From an uncultured Bdellovibrionales bacterium (GTDB taxonomy: Bacteria; Bdellovibrionota; Bdellovibrionia; Bdellovibrionales; UBA1609): a stretch of DNA of 61,162 bases. The notes under the pieces were generated by a model. It was not told where the DNA came from, did no database searches, and was given only the letters and a program-made list of their open reading frames with translations. This document shows, piece by piece, positions 18,824 to 27,240 of this stretch. The stretch's first letter is position 1. Every line of letters starts with the position of its first letter. The position numbers and the translations under genes are program-made. The DNA lies in NCBI GenBank assembly GCA_938001965.1, contig CALLBC010000062.1:1-61162 (forward strand), given 5' to 3'.

Positions 18824-21025
18824 ATGAGTTTAGAAGAAAATTTAAAAAAATATCGTATTTCTGAAAAAGAGTATGGCTTGATTTGTGACCAATTGAGTAG
18901 AGAGCCCAAAGGTATTGAGTGGGCCCTTTACTCTGCCCTTTGGAGTGAGCATTGCAGCTATAAAAGCTCAAAGTATCATTTAAAAAAATTATTTTCAAAA
19001 TCTGAAAGAGTTTTACAAAGTTTTGGTGAAAATGCCGGAGTGATTGATTTAGGGCAAGGGGAGCGAGTGGCTTTTAAAATGGAAAGTCATAACCATCCAA
19101 GCTTTATTGAGCCCTATGAAGGAGCTGCAACAGGAGTTGGTGGTATTTTACGAGATATTTTCACTATGGGGGCAAGGCCAGTGGCTCTTGCTAACTACCT
19201 TTGTTTTGGTGAGCCAGATGCTGAGCGTATGCCCACTTTAGTTAAAGGGGTTGTGTCTGGAATTTCTGGTTACGGAAACTGTGTGGGTGTTCCTAATATT
19301 TCTGGGCAAACAGAGTTTCACTCCTCTTATAACGGTAATATTTTAGTGAACGCTTTTGCTTTGGGTTTATTTAGGCCTGGTGAAAAAGTATTTACCTCGC
19401 AAGCTGAAGGTGAAGGCAACTTAGTGGTTTATGTGGGAGCAAAAACAGGCCGCGACGGTGTTCATGGTGCCAGTATGGCTAGTGAGTCATTTGATGACGA
19501 TAATGAAGCCAAAAAGCCCAATGTACAAATTGGTGATCCTTTCTTTGAAAAATTATTAATAGAAAGTTGTATTGAGGTGATGGAAAAGGGGTTGGTTGTT
19601 GCCATTCAGGATATGGGGGCTGCCGGTTTGACCAGCTCAAGTTTTGAAATGTCCTCTAATGGTGGCGTCGGTTTTGATATTTCCTTAGATAAAGTTCCTC
19701 TCCGTGATAGCCGTATGACTCCAGAAGAAATTTTACTTTCTGAAAGCCAGGAGCGCATGCTTTTAATTTGTGAGCCAAAAAACTTGCAAGCCATAAAAGA
19801 TGTATTTAGTCGTTGGAATTTAGATGCAACAAGCATAGGAACAGTGACCAAAGAAAAGCGTATACGCTTATCTTGGAATAATGAAGAGCTTTGTAATATA
19901 GACCCTGATAATTTAGTGGATAATGCTCCAATGTACGGGCCTGAAGATCGCCCATTTAATGAGTGGTTTCCCACTCATCGAGTTGGTTCACGAGATAAGT
20001 TATTAACTGACGTTAATAACTTTGAGTTGATGCTTATTAAGTGTTTAACCGACGTGCGTGGCTGTAACCGCAATTGGATTTTTGATCAGTATGATCAAAG
20101 AGTGGGGGCACAAACCATATCTGATTGTAGTAATGATGTAGGTGTTATTCGTTTACCTGACAGTGAACGTGCCTTGTCCGTTGTTCTTGGCTGCAGGCCT
20201 TACGTAATGCGACTAGATAGCGCAGAAGGTGGTAAAGATTCAATCGCTTATCCGTCTGTAGAGTTAGCAAGCCTTGGTTTTGAGCCACTGGCTGTGACCG
20301 ACTGTTTAAACTTTGGTAACCCAGAGAAAAAAGAACTTATGACTGAGTTTGTTGCCAGTGTTCAAGGAATGTCTAAACAATGTGAGGCTTTAAAAGCCCC
20401 AATTATTAGTGGTAATGTTAGTCTTTATAACGAAACCATAGAAAAGAATGTCACATCCACGCCGTCCACTGGAGTGGTAGGTTTAAGAGATTCAGTATAT
20501 GGCCCAAGTAATAAAGTCAAAAATGAAAATGAAGTTGTTTTAATGCTAAGTATGGAGCAACTAAAAATGAGTGGGCAGTTTGCTGAAATTAGTAAGCAGC
20601 CCATGAAAGCTTGTGGAGAAATTAACGCTAACGCAACAGCCAGCTTTATCAAAGACTTAAGAACTTTTGTTTTAGATAATAAAGTGTCTACCTCAAAAGT
20701 GGTTGGAAAGTTTGGTCTAGCTTATACTCTTGCTCGCATGTGTATGAATGGTGTGGGTATGACCATTGATACGACCAATAGTAGTGAGTTATTAGCAAGC
20801 ACAACTGAAAAGTATTTTGCTGAAAGCTTGTATCAAGTTGTGGTTTGTTTACCTGAAGGTGACTATAAAAAAATGAACACAGAGAATTACAGTAACTTAG
20901 AAATTGTAAAGCTGGGAACCACTGGCGGCTCAAAGCTGAAAATAGATAGTAATATAAATATGGACGTAGCAAAAATTATTGAATCTTATAACTCTTGGGG
21001 TGAGCATTTTGAAACATTGGCATGA
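18824..21025 (+). CDS. purL: FGAM synthase II, synthetase subunit
   Basis: WSEHCSYKSS, ESHNHPSFIEPYEGAATGVGGILRD, and duplicated AIR-synthase-like domains. Confidence 0.95.
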   Translation: MSLEENLKKYRISEKEYGLICDQLSREPKGIEWALYSALWSEHCSYKSSKYHLKKLFSKSERVLQSFGENAGVIDLGQGERVAFKMESHNHPSFIEPYEGAATGVGGILRDIFTMGARPVALANYLCFGEPDAERMPTLVKGVVSGISGYGNCVGVPNISGQTEFHSSYNGNILVNAFALGLFRPGEKVFTSQAEGEGNLVVYVGAKTGRDGVHGASMASESFDDDNEAKKPNVQIGDPFFEKLLIESCIEVMEKGLVVAIQDMGAAGLTSSSFEMSSNGGVGFDISLDKVPLRDSRMTPEEILLSESQERMLLICEPKNLQAIKDVFSRWNLDATSIGTVTKEKRIRLSWNNEELCNIDPDNLVDNAPMYGPEDRPFNEWFPTHRVGSRDKLLTDVNNFELMLIKCLTDVRGCNRNWIFDQYDQRVGAQTISDCSNDVGVIRLPDSERALSVVLGCRPYVMRLDSAEGGKDSIAYPSVELASLGFEPLAVTDCLNFGNPEKKELMTEFVASVQGMSKQCEALKAPIISGNVSLYNETIEKNVTSTPSTGVVGLRDSVYGPSNKVKNENEVVLMLSMEQLKMSGQFAEISKQPMKACGEINANATASFIKDLRTFVLDNKVSTSKVVGKFGLAYTLARMCMNGVGMTIDTTNSSELLASTTEKYFAESLYQVVVCLPEGDYKKMNTENYSNLEIVKLGTTGGSKLKIDSNINMDVAKIIESYNSWGEHFETLA

Positions 21026-22415
21026 TGAGTGTGCAGTATTTGGTTGTTGGCAAGATCCTGAGGCTGCAAGAATGGCCTACCTTGGCCTTTATGCTCAACA
21101 GCATCGCGGGCAAGAGTCCGCAGGTATTGTGTCTTTAGATAATGGTAAGCATATCATCCATAAAAATATGGGTTTGGTTGGAGATGTTTTTCAAGAAGAA
21201 GACCTTGTTCGTTTAAAAGGTGAGGCCTCCATTGGCCATGCAAGGTATTCAACCACTGGTGATAGTTTAGCTATTAATGCACAGCCAGTGACAGCCACAT
21301 TGCAAAATGGCCCAGTGGCCATTGCTCATAACGGAAATATTGTTAATGCCAAGCAATTAAGAAAAGATTTAATTTCTGATGGGGCCATCTTTCAGGGAAC
21401 CAGTGATACTGAGTGCTTGTTACATATGATCGCCAAAAATAAAAGTGATGATATGATTGAGTGTTTAAAGCAGTCTTTACCAAAATTTGAAGGAGCTTTT
21501 TCTTTAGTGTTAATGACAAAGGATTCTTTAATAGCAGTGCGTGACCCTCATGGCTTCAGGCCATTAGTGCTTGGGCAAAGAAAAACGGCTGATGGTCGCT
21601 TTTCTTATGTGGTGGCATCAGAAACTTGTGCCTTTGATTTAATTGGTGCGAAATATATTCGAGAAATTAAACCTGGTGAAATTTTTTGGTGTGACAAAGA
21701 CGGTGACCACAGTGAAATGTACACAGAGCCTAAGGAAAAGTTAGCCCGTTGTATCTTTGAGCATGTTTATTTTGCCAGGCCTGACTCAGTGGTTTTTGGT
21801 CAAAGCGTTTATGAAACAAGAAAGGAAATGGGGAGAGTGTTAGCCCGTAAAACCGGTGTGGAGGCTGATGTGGTTATTCCTGTTCCAGACAGCGGAGTTC
21901 CTGCAGCCATTGGTTATAGCCAAGAAAGTGGAATTCCTTTTGAGTTAGGTATTATCCGTAATCACTATGTGGGAAGAACTTTCATTCAGCCCAGTCAATC
22001 CATTAGAAGTTTTGGGGTTAAAATTAAATTAAACCCACAGTCAGAAGTTTTAAAAGGGAAGCGAGTAGTTGTGATTGATGACTCTTTAGTGAGAGGGACC
22101 ACCAGTCAAAAAATTATTCGATTAGTCAGACAAGCTGGTGCCACGGAAGTTCACTTCAGAGTGGCTTCTCCTCCAACTCTTTCTCCTTGTTTTTATGGTG
22201 TGGACACACCAAAGAAATCACAGCTCATTGCAGGCTATAAGTCTGTTGAAGAAATCAGAGAGTTTATAGGAGCAGATAGTTTAAAGTATATGATTTTAGA
22301 GTCCATGGTAGAAGCTGCTTGTGGCACAAGAGCGAAACCGCGTGAGGCCGGTTTTTGTGCGGCCTGTTTTGGTGATGAATACCCAACGGAGCTTTTCAAT
22401 GAGAGTGTCACTTAA
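20979..22415 (+). CDS. purF: Amidophosphoribosyltransferase (Fe-S type, with N-terminal propeptide)
   Basis: Nucleophile Cys in HDEC-AVFG, PRPP motif VVVIDDSLVRGTT, DSGVPAA, and Cys ligands SPCFYGVDTP and FCAACF. The true start is uncertain: in-frame TTG 20979, GTG 21000 and TTG 21009 all lie inside the purL 3' end. Confidence 0.92.
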   Translation: MNLITLGVSILKHWHDECAVFGCWQDPEAARMAYLGLYAQQHRGQESAGIVSLDNGKHIIHKNMGLVGDVFQEEDLVRLKGEASIGHARYSTTGDSLAINAQPVTATLQNGPVAIAHNGNIVNAKQLRKDLISDGAIFQGTSDTECLLHMIAKNKSDDMIECLKQSLPKFEGAFSLVLMTKDSLIAVRDPHGFRPLVLGQRKTADGRFSYVVASETCAFDLIGAKYIREIKPGEIFWCDKDGDHSEMYTEPKEKLARCIFEHVYFARPDSVVFGQSVYETRKEMGRVLARKTGVEADVVIPVPDSGVPAAIGYSQESGIPFELGIIRNHYVGRTFIQPSQSIRSFGVKIKLNPQSEVLKGKRVVVIDDSLVRGTTSQKIIRLVRQAGATEVHFRVASPPTLSPCFYGVDTPKKSQLIAGYKSVEEIREFIGADSLKYMILESMVEAACGTRAKPREAGFCAACFGDEYPTELFNESVT

Positions 22416-23092
22416 TGTTAGAGTTTAAAAGTCACCCTCATGAAATTTTTGAACAGTGGTATTTGCAAAGTATGGGCAAATCCAAGGAGCAAAGCTTTGC
22501 CTTGAATTTAAAAATTAAAACTCAATCATTATTAAAAAATATGTTCACCCAAATTGTACCCTCTTTGGATAGAATGAATCAAAATGCATTTGTATTGGCC
22601 ACTGCAAGTAAGGAAGGGGTTCCTTCCAGTCGAGTTGTTTTGCTAAAGCAATATAGTGAAAAAGGTTATGTTTTTTACACCAATTACAATAGCGACAAAG
22701 CCCAAGACCTTCTGGCAAATCCAATAGCTTCACTAAACTTTTTTTGGGCTTACCCAACAAGGCAGGTGCGTATTGTGGGGAAGGTTAGTAAAGTTAGTTA
22801 TGAGCAATCCAGTGAGTATTGGAGCAGTCGCCCGAGAGGGAGCCAGGAAGGAGCTCTGGCTTCGAATCAAAGTAAAAAAATCAATAGTTATAGTGATTTA
22901 GAAGATAGTCTTAAAGAGGTTCATAAAACTCATAAAGGCAAAGATATTCCTTGTCCGGAGCATTGGGGCGGATTTATAGTGGAGCCTAAAAGCTATGAAT
23001 TTTGGCAGGCAATGCCTAATCGTTTGCACAAGCGAACTTTATTTAAACTCAACCAGCAGGGAGATTGGGATAAACATTTTATATCCCCATAA
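22415..23092 (+). CDS. pdxH: Pyridoxamine 5'-phosphate oxidase
   Basis: RVVLLKQYSEKGYVFYTNYNSDK, the WSSRPRGSQ region, and EFWQAMPNRLHKR near the C-terminus. Its ATG shares one nt with the purF TAA (TAATG). Confidence 0.9.
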   Translation: MLEFKSHPHEIFEQWYLQSMGKSKEQSFALNLKIKTQSLLKNMFTQIVPSLDRMNQNAFVLATASKEGVPSSRVVLLKQYSEKGYVFYTNYNSDKAQDLLANPIASLNFFWAYPTRQVRIVGKVSKVSYEQSSEYWSSRPRGSQEGALASNQSKKINSYSDLEDSLKEVHKTHKGKDIPCPEHWGGFIVEPKSYEFWQAMPNRLHKRTLFKLNQQGDWDKHFISP

Positions 23093-23099
23093 AACAACA

Positions 23100-23915
23100 A
23101 TGAAGATACTAGCGCTTATTATAATTCTTGTGACCAGCACCTCTTGCTCAAATTACTTTATGAGAAAGAAGTGTGAAAAGAAAAATTGGTTTGAGTACGG
23201 GCAAAGTGTTGCACTAAAGGGCCTACGTTTAGGTTCGGACCAATTTTATAATCAATGTAAAAAAGCGGAAGCAGAGTTTGATGAGATGAGTGCCGATCAA
23301 GGGTTTAAAAAAGGCATGAACACTTATTGCTCGAAAGAGGCGCCTTATGATTACGGAAAAAGAGGAAAACCCTATAACTTTGAGTTTTGTGATCACACTT
23401 ATATTGCCAAAATGAAGTCGGAACATAAAAAAGGTTTAAGAGTTTATTGCCGTCCCTCTAATGGTTTTCCAGAAGGTATAAAGGGAGACCCTTATAATAA
23501 ATTATGTCCCATGGATATGGAGGCTAAATTTTTAAAAGGTTTTAATAAAGGAAGAATTAAATATTTACGTTCTGAAATTGTTAAGTATAGGCACGAGGTT
23601 CGTGATCTTGAACGAGATATAAAGAAAAAAGAATATGATTTACGAGAGTATAAAACAGACTTACGTGATTTAAATTATCACTACTCCGATAGAGCCGGTC
23701 GTTCATCAATTAGCATTGAAAATGGCCGAATTTATATTGGCCGCAGAAACAGGAATAGATTTAGAACAAAAGAGGAAGTGGACTCAGAGCGTGGTCGCCT
23801 TGAAAGTGAAGTTAGAAGTCTTGAGTCAAGAGTGAGCTCTATGGAGAGAAAGCGCTCTGTTGCTAGAGAGAAAATAAGAGAGTTTGAAAAAGAAATTGCA
23901 ATTTTAACTGAATAA
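23100..23915 (+). CDS. Lipoprotein with three Cys-bracketed modules (DUF2799-like) and an Arg/Glu-rich coiled-coil tail
   Basis: Refined start ATG 23100 gives MKILALIIILVTSTSC (lipobox). The track ORF start at 22995 would overlap pdxH. Modules are CEKKNWFEYGQSVALKG, CSKEAPYDYGKRGKPYNFEFC and CRPSNGFPEGIKGDPYNKLC. The C-terminus has a heptad-like pattern. Confidence 0.6.
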   Translation: MKILALIIILVTSTSCSNYFMRKKCEKKNWFEYGQSVALKGLRLGSDQFYNQCKKAEAEFDEMSADQGFKKGMNTYCSKEAPYDYGKRGKPYNFEFCDHTYIAKMKSEHKKGLRVYCRPSNGFPEGIKGDPYNKLCPMDMEAKFLKGFNKGRIKYLRSEIVKYRHEVRDLERDIKKKEYDLREYKTDLRDLNYHYSDRAGRSSISIENGRIYIGRRNRNRFRTKEEVDSERGRLESEVRSLESRVSSMERKRSVAREKIREFEKEIAILTE

Positions 23916-23924
23916 AAAAAAGGA

Positions 23925-24326
23925 ATGAAAATGACTAAATTTTATATATTACTATTAACATTGTTCGCAGTGAGTTTTGCCAATGCAAATCACGACCGTG
24001 TCCGTTACTATTCATGTAGCGATTATAAAAATATTAATGCTGATCAGTCTTGTAGTAGTGAGTTTAATGGTCTTCAAGAGGATATTTGTGAAGTTTGTCG
24101 TGAAGGAGAGTCTTGTTTTATGGCATTAAATAATAAGCTACAGCGTGGCCTTTGCCAGGCCTACATAGAAGGTAAAAGTTGCTTTATGGCTTTAAATAAT
24201 TCTGATCGTCATTGGTGCCAGGTGATTGCCGAAGGTGGTTCTTGTGGAGATCTACGCAGTGATGTGGACCGTTTTAGATGTGAACATAATGAATTTCCTT
24301 CTCGTCACACTTTTTGGATATATTAA
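23925..24326 (+). CDS. Small exported Cys-rich protein with an internal duplicated module
   Basis: Signal peptide MKMTKFYILLLTLFAVSFANA. About 12 Cys. The module EG-SCFMALNN...C occurs twice (EGESCFMALNNKLQRGLCQ / EGKSCFMALNNSDRHWCQ). Confidence 0.6.
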   Translation: MKMTKFYILLLTLFAVSFANANHDRVRYYSCSDYKNINADQSCSSEFNGLQEDICEVCREGESCFMALNNKLQRGLCQAYIEGKSCFMALNNSDRHWCQVIAEGGSCGDLRSDVDRFRCEHNEFPSRHTFWIY

Positions 24327-24988
24327 TGAATATAGCTATTGTTGGGGCTAATCGTGGAATTGGATTAGAGTTTTGCAAGCAGTACAGTGCTGCTGGAAAT
24401 AAGGTTTTTGCCTTTTGTCGCAAAGCAGGTGATCAGTTAAGTGGTTTAGCTGTGGAGCAAGTTATTGAAGGTTGTGAAGTAACAAGCTTGGATTCTTTAG
24501 TGACTTGTGTAAAACAGTTGAAAGTGGATAGCATTGATCTCTTGGTTCATGTCTCTGGAGTCTTAAAATCAGAAAGTTTAGATAACTTTGATGTTGAAGC
24601 CATAAAACATCAATTTGAAGTCAACTCTATTGGTCCAATTTTATCTTATAAGGCATTTGCAAAGCACTTAAACCCTGGAAGTAAATTTTCAGTTTTGAGT
24701 AGTCGCATGGGATCAATTGAAGATAATGGCTCTGGTGGTATGTATGGCTATAGAATGTCAAAGGCGGCAATCAATATGGCAGCTGTTTCTTTAGCCAATG
24801 ATCTCAAAGAAAAAGGAGTTGCTGTTATAATTTTACATCCTGGTTACGTAAGAACAGACATGACTGGTGGAAATGGTTTAATTGACACTAATGAGTCCGT
24901 TGATGGTTTGGTTAAAATCTTAGCTGAAAAAAATATGGAGCATACAGGGACGTTTTGGCATACCAATGGTGAGCAGCTACCTTGGTAA
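24326..24988 (+). CDS. Short-chain dehydrogenase/reductase (C-factor-like SDR)
   Basis: MNIAIVGANRGIGLEF (TGxxxGIG-type), catalytic YRMSKAA, HPGYVRTDM. ATG 24326 overlaps the upstream TAA (TAATG). The track start TTG 24314 is less likely. Confidence 0.85.
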   Translation: MNIAIVGANRGIGLEFCKQYSAAGNKVFAFCRKAGDQLSGLAVEQVIEGCEVTSLDSLVTCVKQLKVDSIDLLVHVSGVLKSESLDNFDVEAIKHQFEVNSIGPILSYKAFAKHLNPGSKFSVLSSRMGSIEDNGSGGMYGYRMSKAAINMAAVSLANDLKEKGVAVIILHPGYVRTDMTGGNGLIDTNESVDGLVKILAEKNMEHTGTFWHTNGEQLPW

Positions 24989-25062
24989 AAAAATCTAAAT
25001 TATAATGTAAAACCCGGACCATGGTCCACTTGCAAAAGAATGTGAAAATCCGATAAGAAAGT

Positions 25063-25875
25063 ATGAAAAATTTCGTACTAAAAACAGTAATATTCGCATT
25101 ATTCATTGTTATGATAATTTTCTTATCACAACAACCTGCTCATAACGAAGAGCAGGCCAAAAAGGTTTCACAAGGTCTGACTCAGTCTCTTAAGAGTGCA
25201 CAAAATGAACTCTTGTTGGTTTTGGGGGATGATTCAACACTAAAAAAAGAAATCAAAGATTTAAAGCTAGCCTATACAGGCTGTAAAGGCTCAAACACAG
25301 ATTTATTACCGGACTTTTTATATAATAAAGAAACGGGTTTAGTTGAAATTTGTAATGTGACATTACTAAATAGAACTACTGATTTTCCTCAGCGTTTAGT
25401 GTATGAGTTTTTTACTGATCACCAATTATGTATGAACTCGCCAAACGATACGGTAGAGAGAATATGTAATGATCGTGACAGAGATCAGCGTTATGCAGTG
25501 AATAGAGTATTAGCTAGTCATGATAAAAAAAGCACAAACCTTTTAACACTAAATGTAGATTATGGTGATAGAAGCAGTGTGTTTATGGTAATGACGGGGA
25601 ATCAATCTAAATTGGCCTATAAAACTAGTTATGGCGCCGAAGCACTACTTCAGTTAGAAGAGGAAGATATTACTTACTTAAAGAATCAGCTCACTAAAAT
25701 TGACAGAAAGTTTTCTAAGCCTAAGTGTGACCGCCGAGTGATTAAATTATTTGCTCTAAATGATAGGGGACAAAGGTTTAGGTCTTATGCCTGTATTGAG
25801 GCCATTAGCAAACATACACAAAAGTTATTAAAGCTGGCTAGAACTGTGAGTTCTTTCACTAAGAACACTTTCTAA
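25063..25875 (+). CDS. Hypothetical membrane-anchored/exported protein (270 aa)
   Basis: N-terminal hydrophobic segment (FVLKTVIFALFIVMIIFL) and several Cys. No recognised motif. Confidence 0.6.
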   Translation: MKNFVLKTVIFALFIVMIIFLSQQPAHNEEQAKKVSQGLTQSLKSAQNELLLVLGDDSTLKKEIKDLKLAYTGCKGSNTDLLPDFLYNKETGLVEICNVTLLNRTTDFPQRLVYEFFTDHQLCMNSPNDTVERICNDRDRDQRYAVNRVLASHDKKSTNLLTLNVDYGDRSSVFMVMTGNQSKLAYKTSYGAEALLQLEEEDITYLKNQLTKIDRKFSKPKCDRRVIKLFALNDRGQRFRSYACIEAISKHTQKLLKLARTVSSFTKNTF

Positions 25876-25879
25876 GAGT

Positions 25880-26064
25880 CCAAATCTCTGAATAAATATT
25901 TAAAAAATTTCCCCTTTCCTTTTGATTGAGTGCGCTTACGGCAGCATCGCGTCTTCGCGCTTTGTCACCTTTGCAGGTGAACACAGCGCGGATACGCGAA
26001 GCGCGACGCGATACTCAAGCAAAAGGAAAGGGGAAATTTTTTAAATATTTATTCAGAGATTTGG
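25880..26064. repeat. Foldback element, copy A (52-nt arms, 81-nt GC-rich core)
   Basis: 25880-25931 is the reverse complement of 26013-26064 with 1 mismatch in 52. The core 25932-26012 is 72/81 identical to 47231-47311. Starts 5 nt after the stop codon at 25873-25875. Confidence 0.85.
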
Positions 26065-26094
26065 GTAAGTAAAACTGATTCGAAAAAAGCTTTA

Positions 26095-26216
26095 CTAGCT
26101 TAGCTTTCTTCTGTGAAGCCTTATCTAAAACGAGTTCGGAGCGCAAAGGGCAAAGCCCCCTGAGCACCGTATGTCTGAGGCTTTAGATAAGGCTTCACAG
26201 AAGAAGGTTAAGCTAG
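26095..26216. repeat. Second long hairpin (35-nt arms, 52-nt loop), unrelated in sequence to the foldback family
   Basis: 26095-26129 (ctagcttagctttcttctgtgaagccttatctaaa) pairs with 26182-26216, with 2 mismatches in 35. The loop contains a gggc-aaa-gccc mini-hairpin. Confidence 0.75.
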
Positions 26217-26276
26217 GGCTGGGTAGTAGTAAATATCAATTGCAAGAGCTAGCTAAATCCTATAAATTATTGGCTT

Positions 26277-27233
26277 ATGGCAAAAATTTCTTCAGCATCG
26301 ATTAATAAAATTAAGTCTTGGTCAGCTCTTGAGCCAGGCGACATTGTGGACATAGTTGCCCCATCTTCTGGCAGTGATAGAAAGGGTCTAAAGCAGGCTA
26401 CCGACTTTATTCGTTCAATGGGCCTTGTGCCGCGATATCAAAAAGGAATTTTTGGAGCAGATTTATTATGTGCAAGCTCTGATGAAAATCGTTTTAAGCA
26501 ATTAAAAAGAGCAATTGCAGCAAAGGATTCCAAAGTTATTTGGTGTTTGCGAGGAGGGTATGGCTCGGCAAGAATTTTACCCATGCTTGATAAATTAAAA
26601 ACTCCAAAAGTAACTAAGCTTTTAATTGGCTATAGTGATATCACTCACTTGCATATGTTAGTAAATTATAAATGGAAATGGCCAAGTTTGCATGCATCTA
26701 TGTTAGAAGAGCTAGGCACGGGGCATACTACTAAACAGGAAGTGAATGACTTAAAGAAGATTTTATTTGGTAAAAAAGATAGCATTACCTTTAAGAATTT
26801 AAAGCCCTTAAATAAACAAGCCCGAGTAAAGAAAACAATTCATTCAAAAATTACTGGTGGTAATTTAACAATTTTAATGGCCTCTTTTGGTACGCCTTTT
26901 CAGGCTCATGCGAAAGGCCAAATTTTAATGTTAGAAGATATTGGTGAGCGCGGTTATAGAGTGGACAGAATGTTAGTTCAGTTAAAGCAGGCCGGGTACT
27001 TTGCAAATCTTAGAGCCTTAATTTTTGGTGACTTTGTGGGTGGTGAAGAAAAGGACTCAGTGTCTTTGTGGAAGGATGTGCAAAAGCGTTTTGCGGCATC
27101 AGTTAGTTTTCCTGTCCTTAAAAATATGCCTAGTGGCCATTCATTAAAACAAAGGCCCGTACCACTAATGACAAAAACTAAATTAAACTTAGGTATGAAG
27201 CCAAGTATAGAAATCTCAACGGGAATCAAATAG
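26277..27233 (+). CDS. ldcA: Muramoyltetrapeptide LD-carboxypeptidase (peptidase S66)
   Basis: IVDIVAPSSG, LRGGYGSARI, the GYSDITHL nucleophile motif, LEDIGERGYRVDRMLVQL, and late SGH. Confidence 0.85.
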   Translation: MAKISSASINKIKSWSALEPGDIVDIVAPSSGSDRKGLKQATDFIRSMGLVPRYQKGIFGADLLCASSDENRFKQLKRAIAAKDSKVIWCLRGGYGSARILPMLDKLKTPKVTKLLIGYSDITHLHMLVNYKWKWPSLHASMLEELGTGHTTKQEVNDLKKILFGKKDSITFKNLKPLNKQARVKKTIHSKITGGNLTILMASFGTPFQAHAKGQILMLEDIGERGYRVDRMLVQLKQAGYFANLRALIFGDFVGGEEKDSVSLWKDVQKRFAASVSFPVLKNMPSGHSLKQRPVPLMTKTKLNLGMKPSIEISTGIK

Positions 27234-27240
27234 GTGAGTT

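Noticed and set aside
15358-22760. Antisense shadow ORFs within the pur operon and pdxH (15358..15588, 15880..16167, 15894..16112, 16158..16457, 17182..17397, 17608..17817, 17903..18103, 18639..18998, 19606..19974, 20425..20652, 20688..20972, 22545..22760)
   Set aside because: All lie antisense to well-supported genes and have no independent signals.
22995-23099. N-terminal extension of the lipoprotein ORF overlapping pdxH by ~100 nt
   Set aside because: ATG 23100 gives a canonical lipoprotein signal (LVTSTSC) right after the pdxH stop. The extension is just the open frame across the pdxH 3' end.
25015-25026. Perfect 12-nt palindrome ggaccatggtcc after the SDR gene as a terminator
   Set aside because: As a hairpin it would have essentially no loop, and no T run follows. 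It is more likely a chance palindrome or a protein or restriction site.
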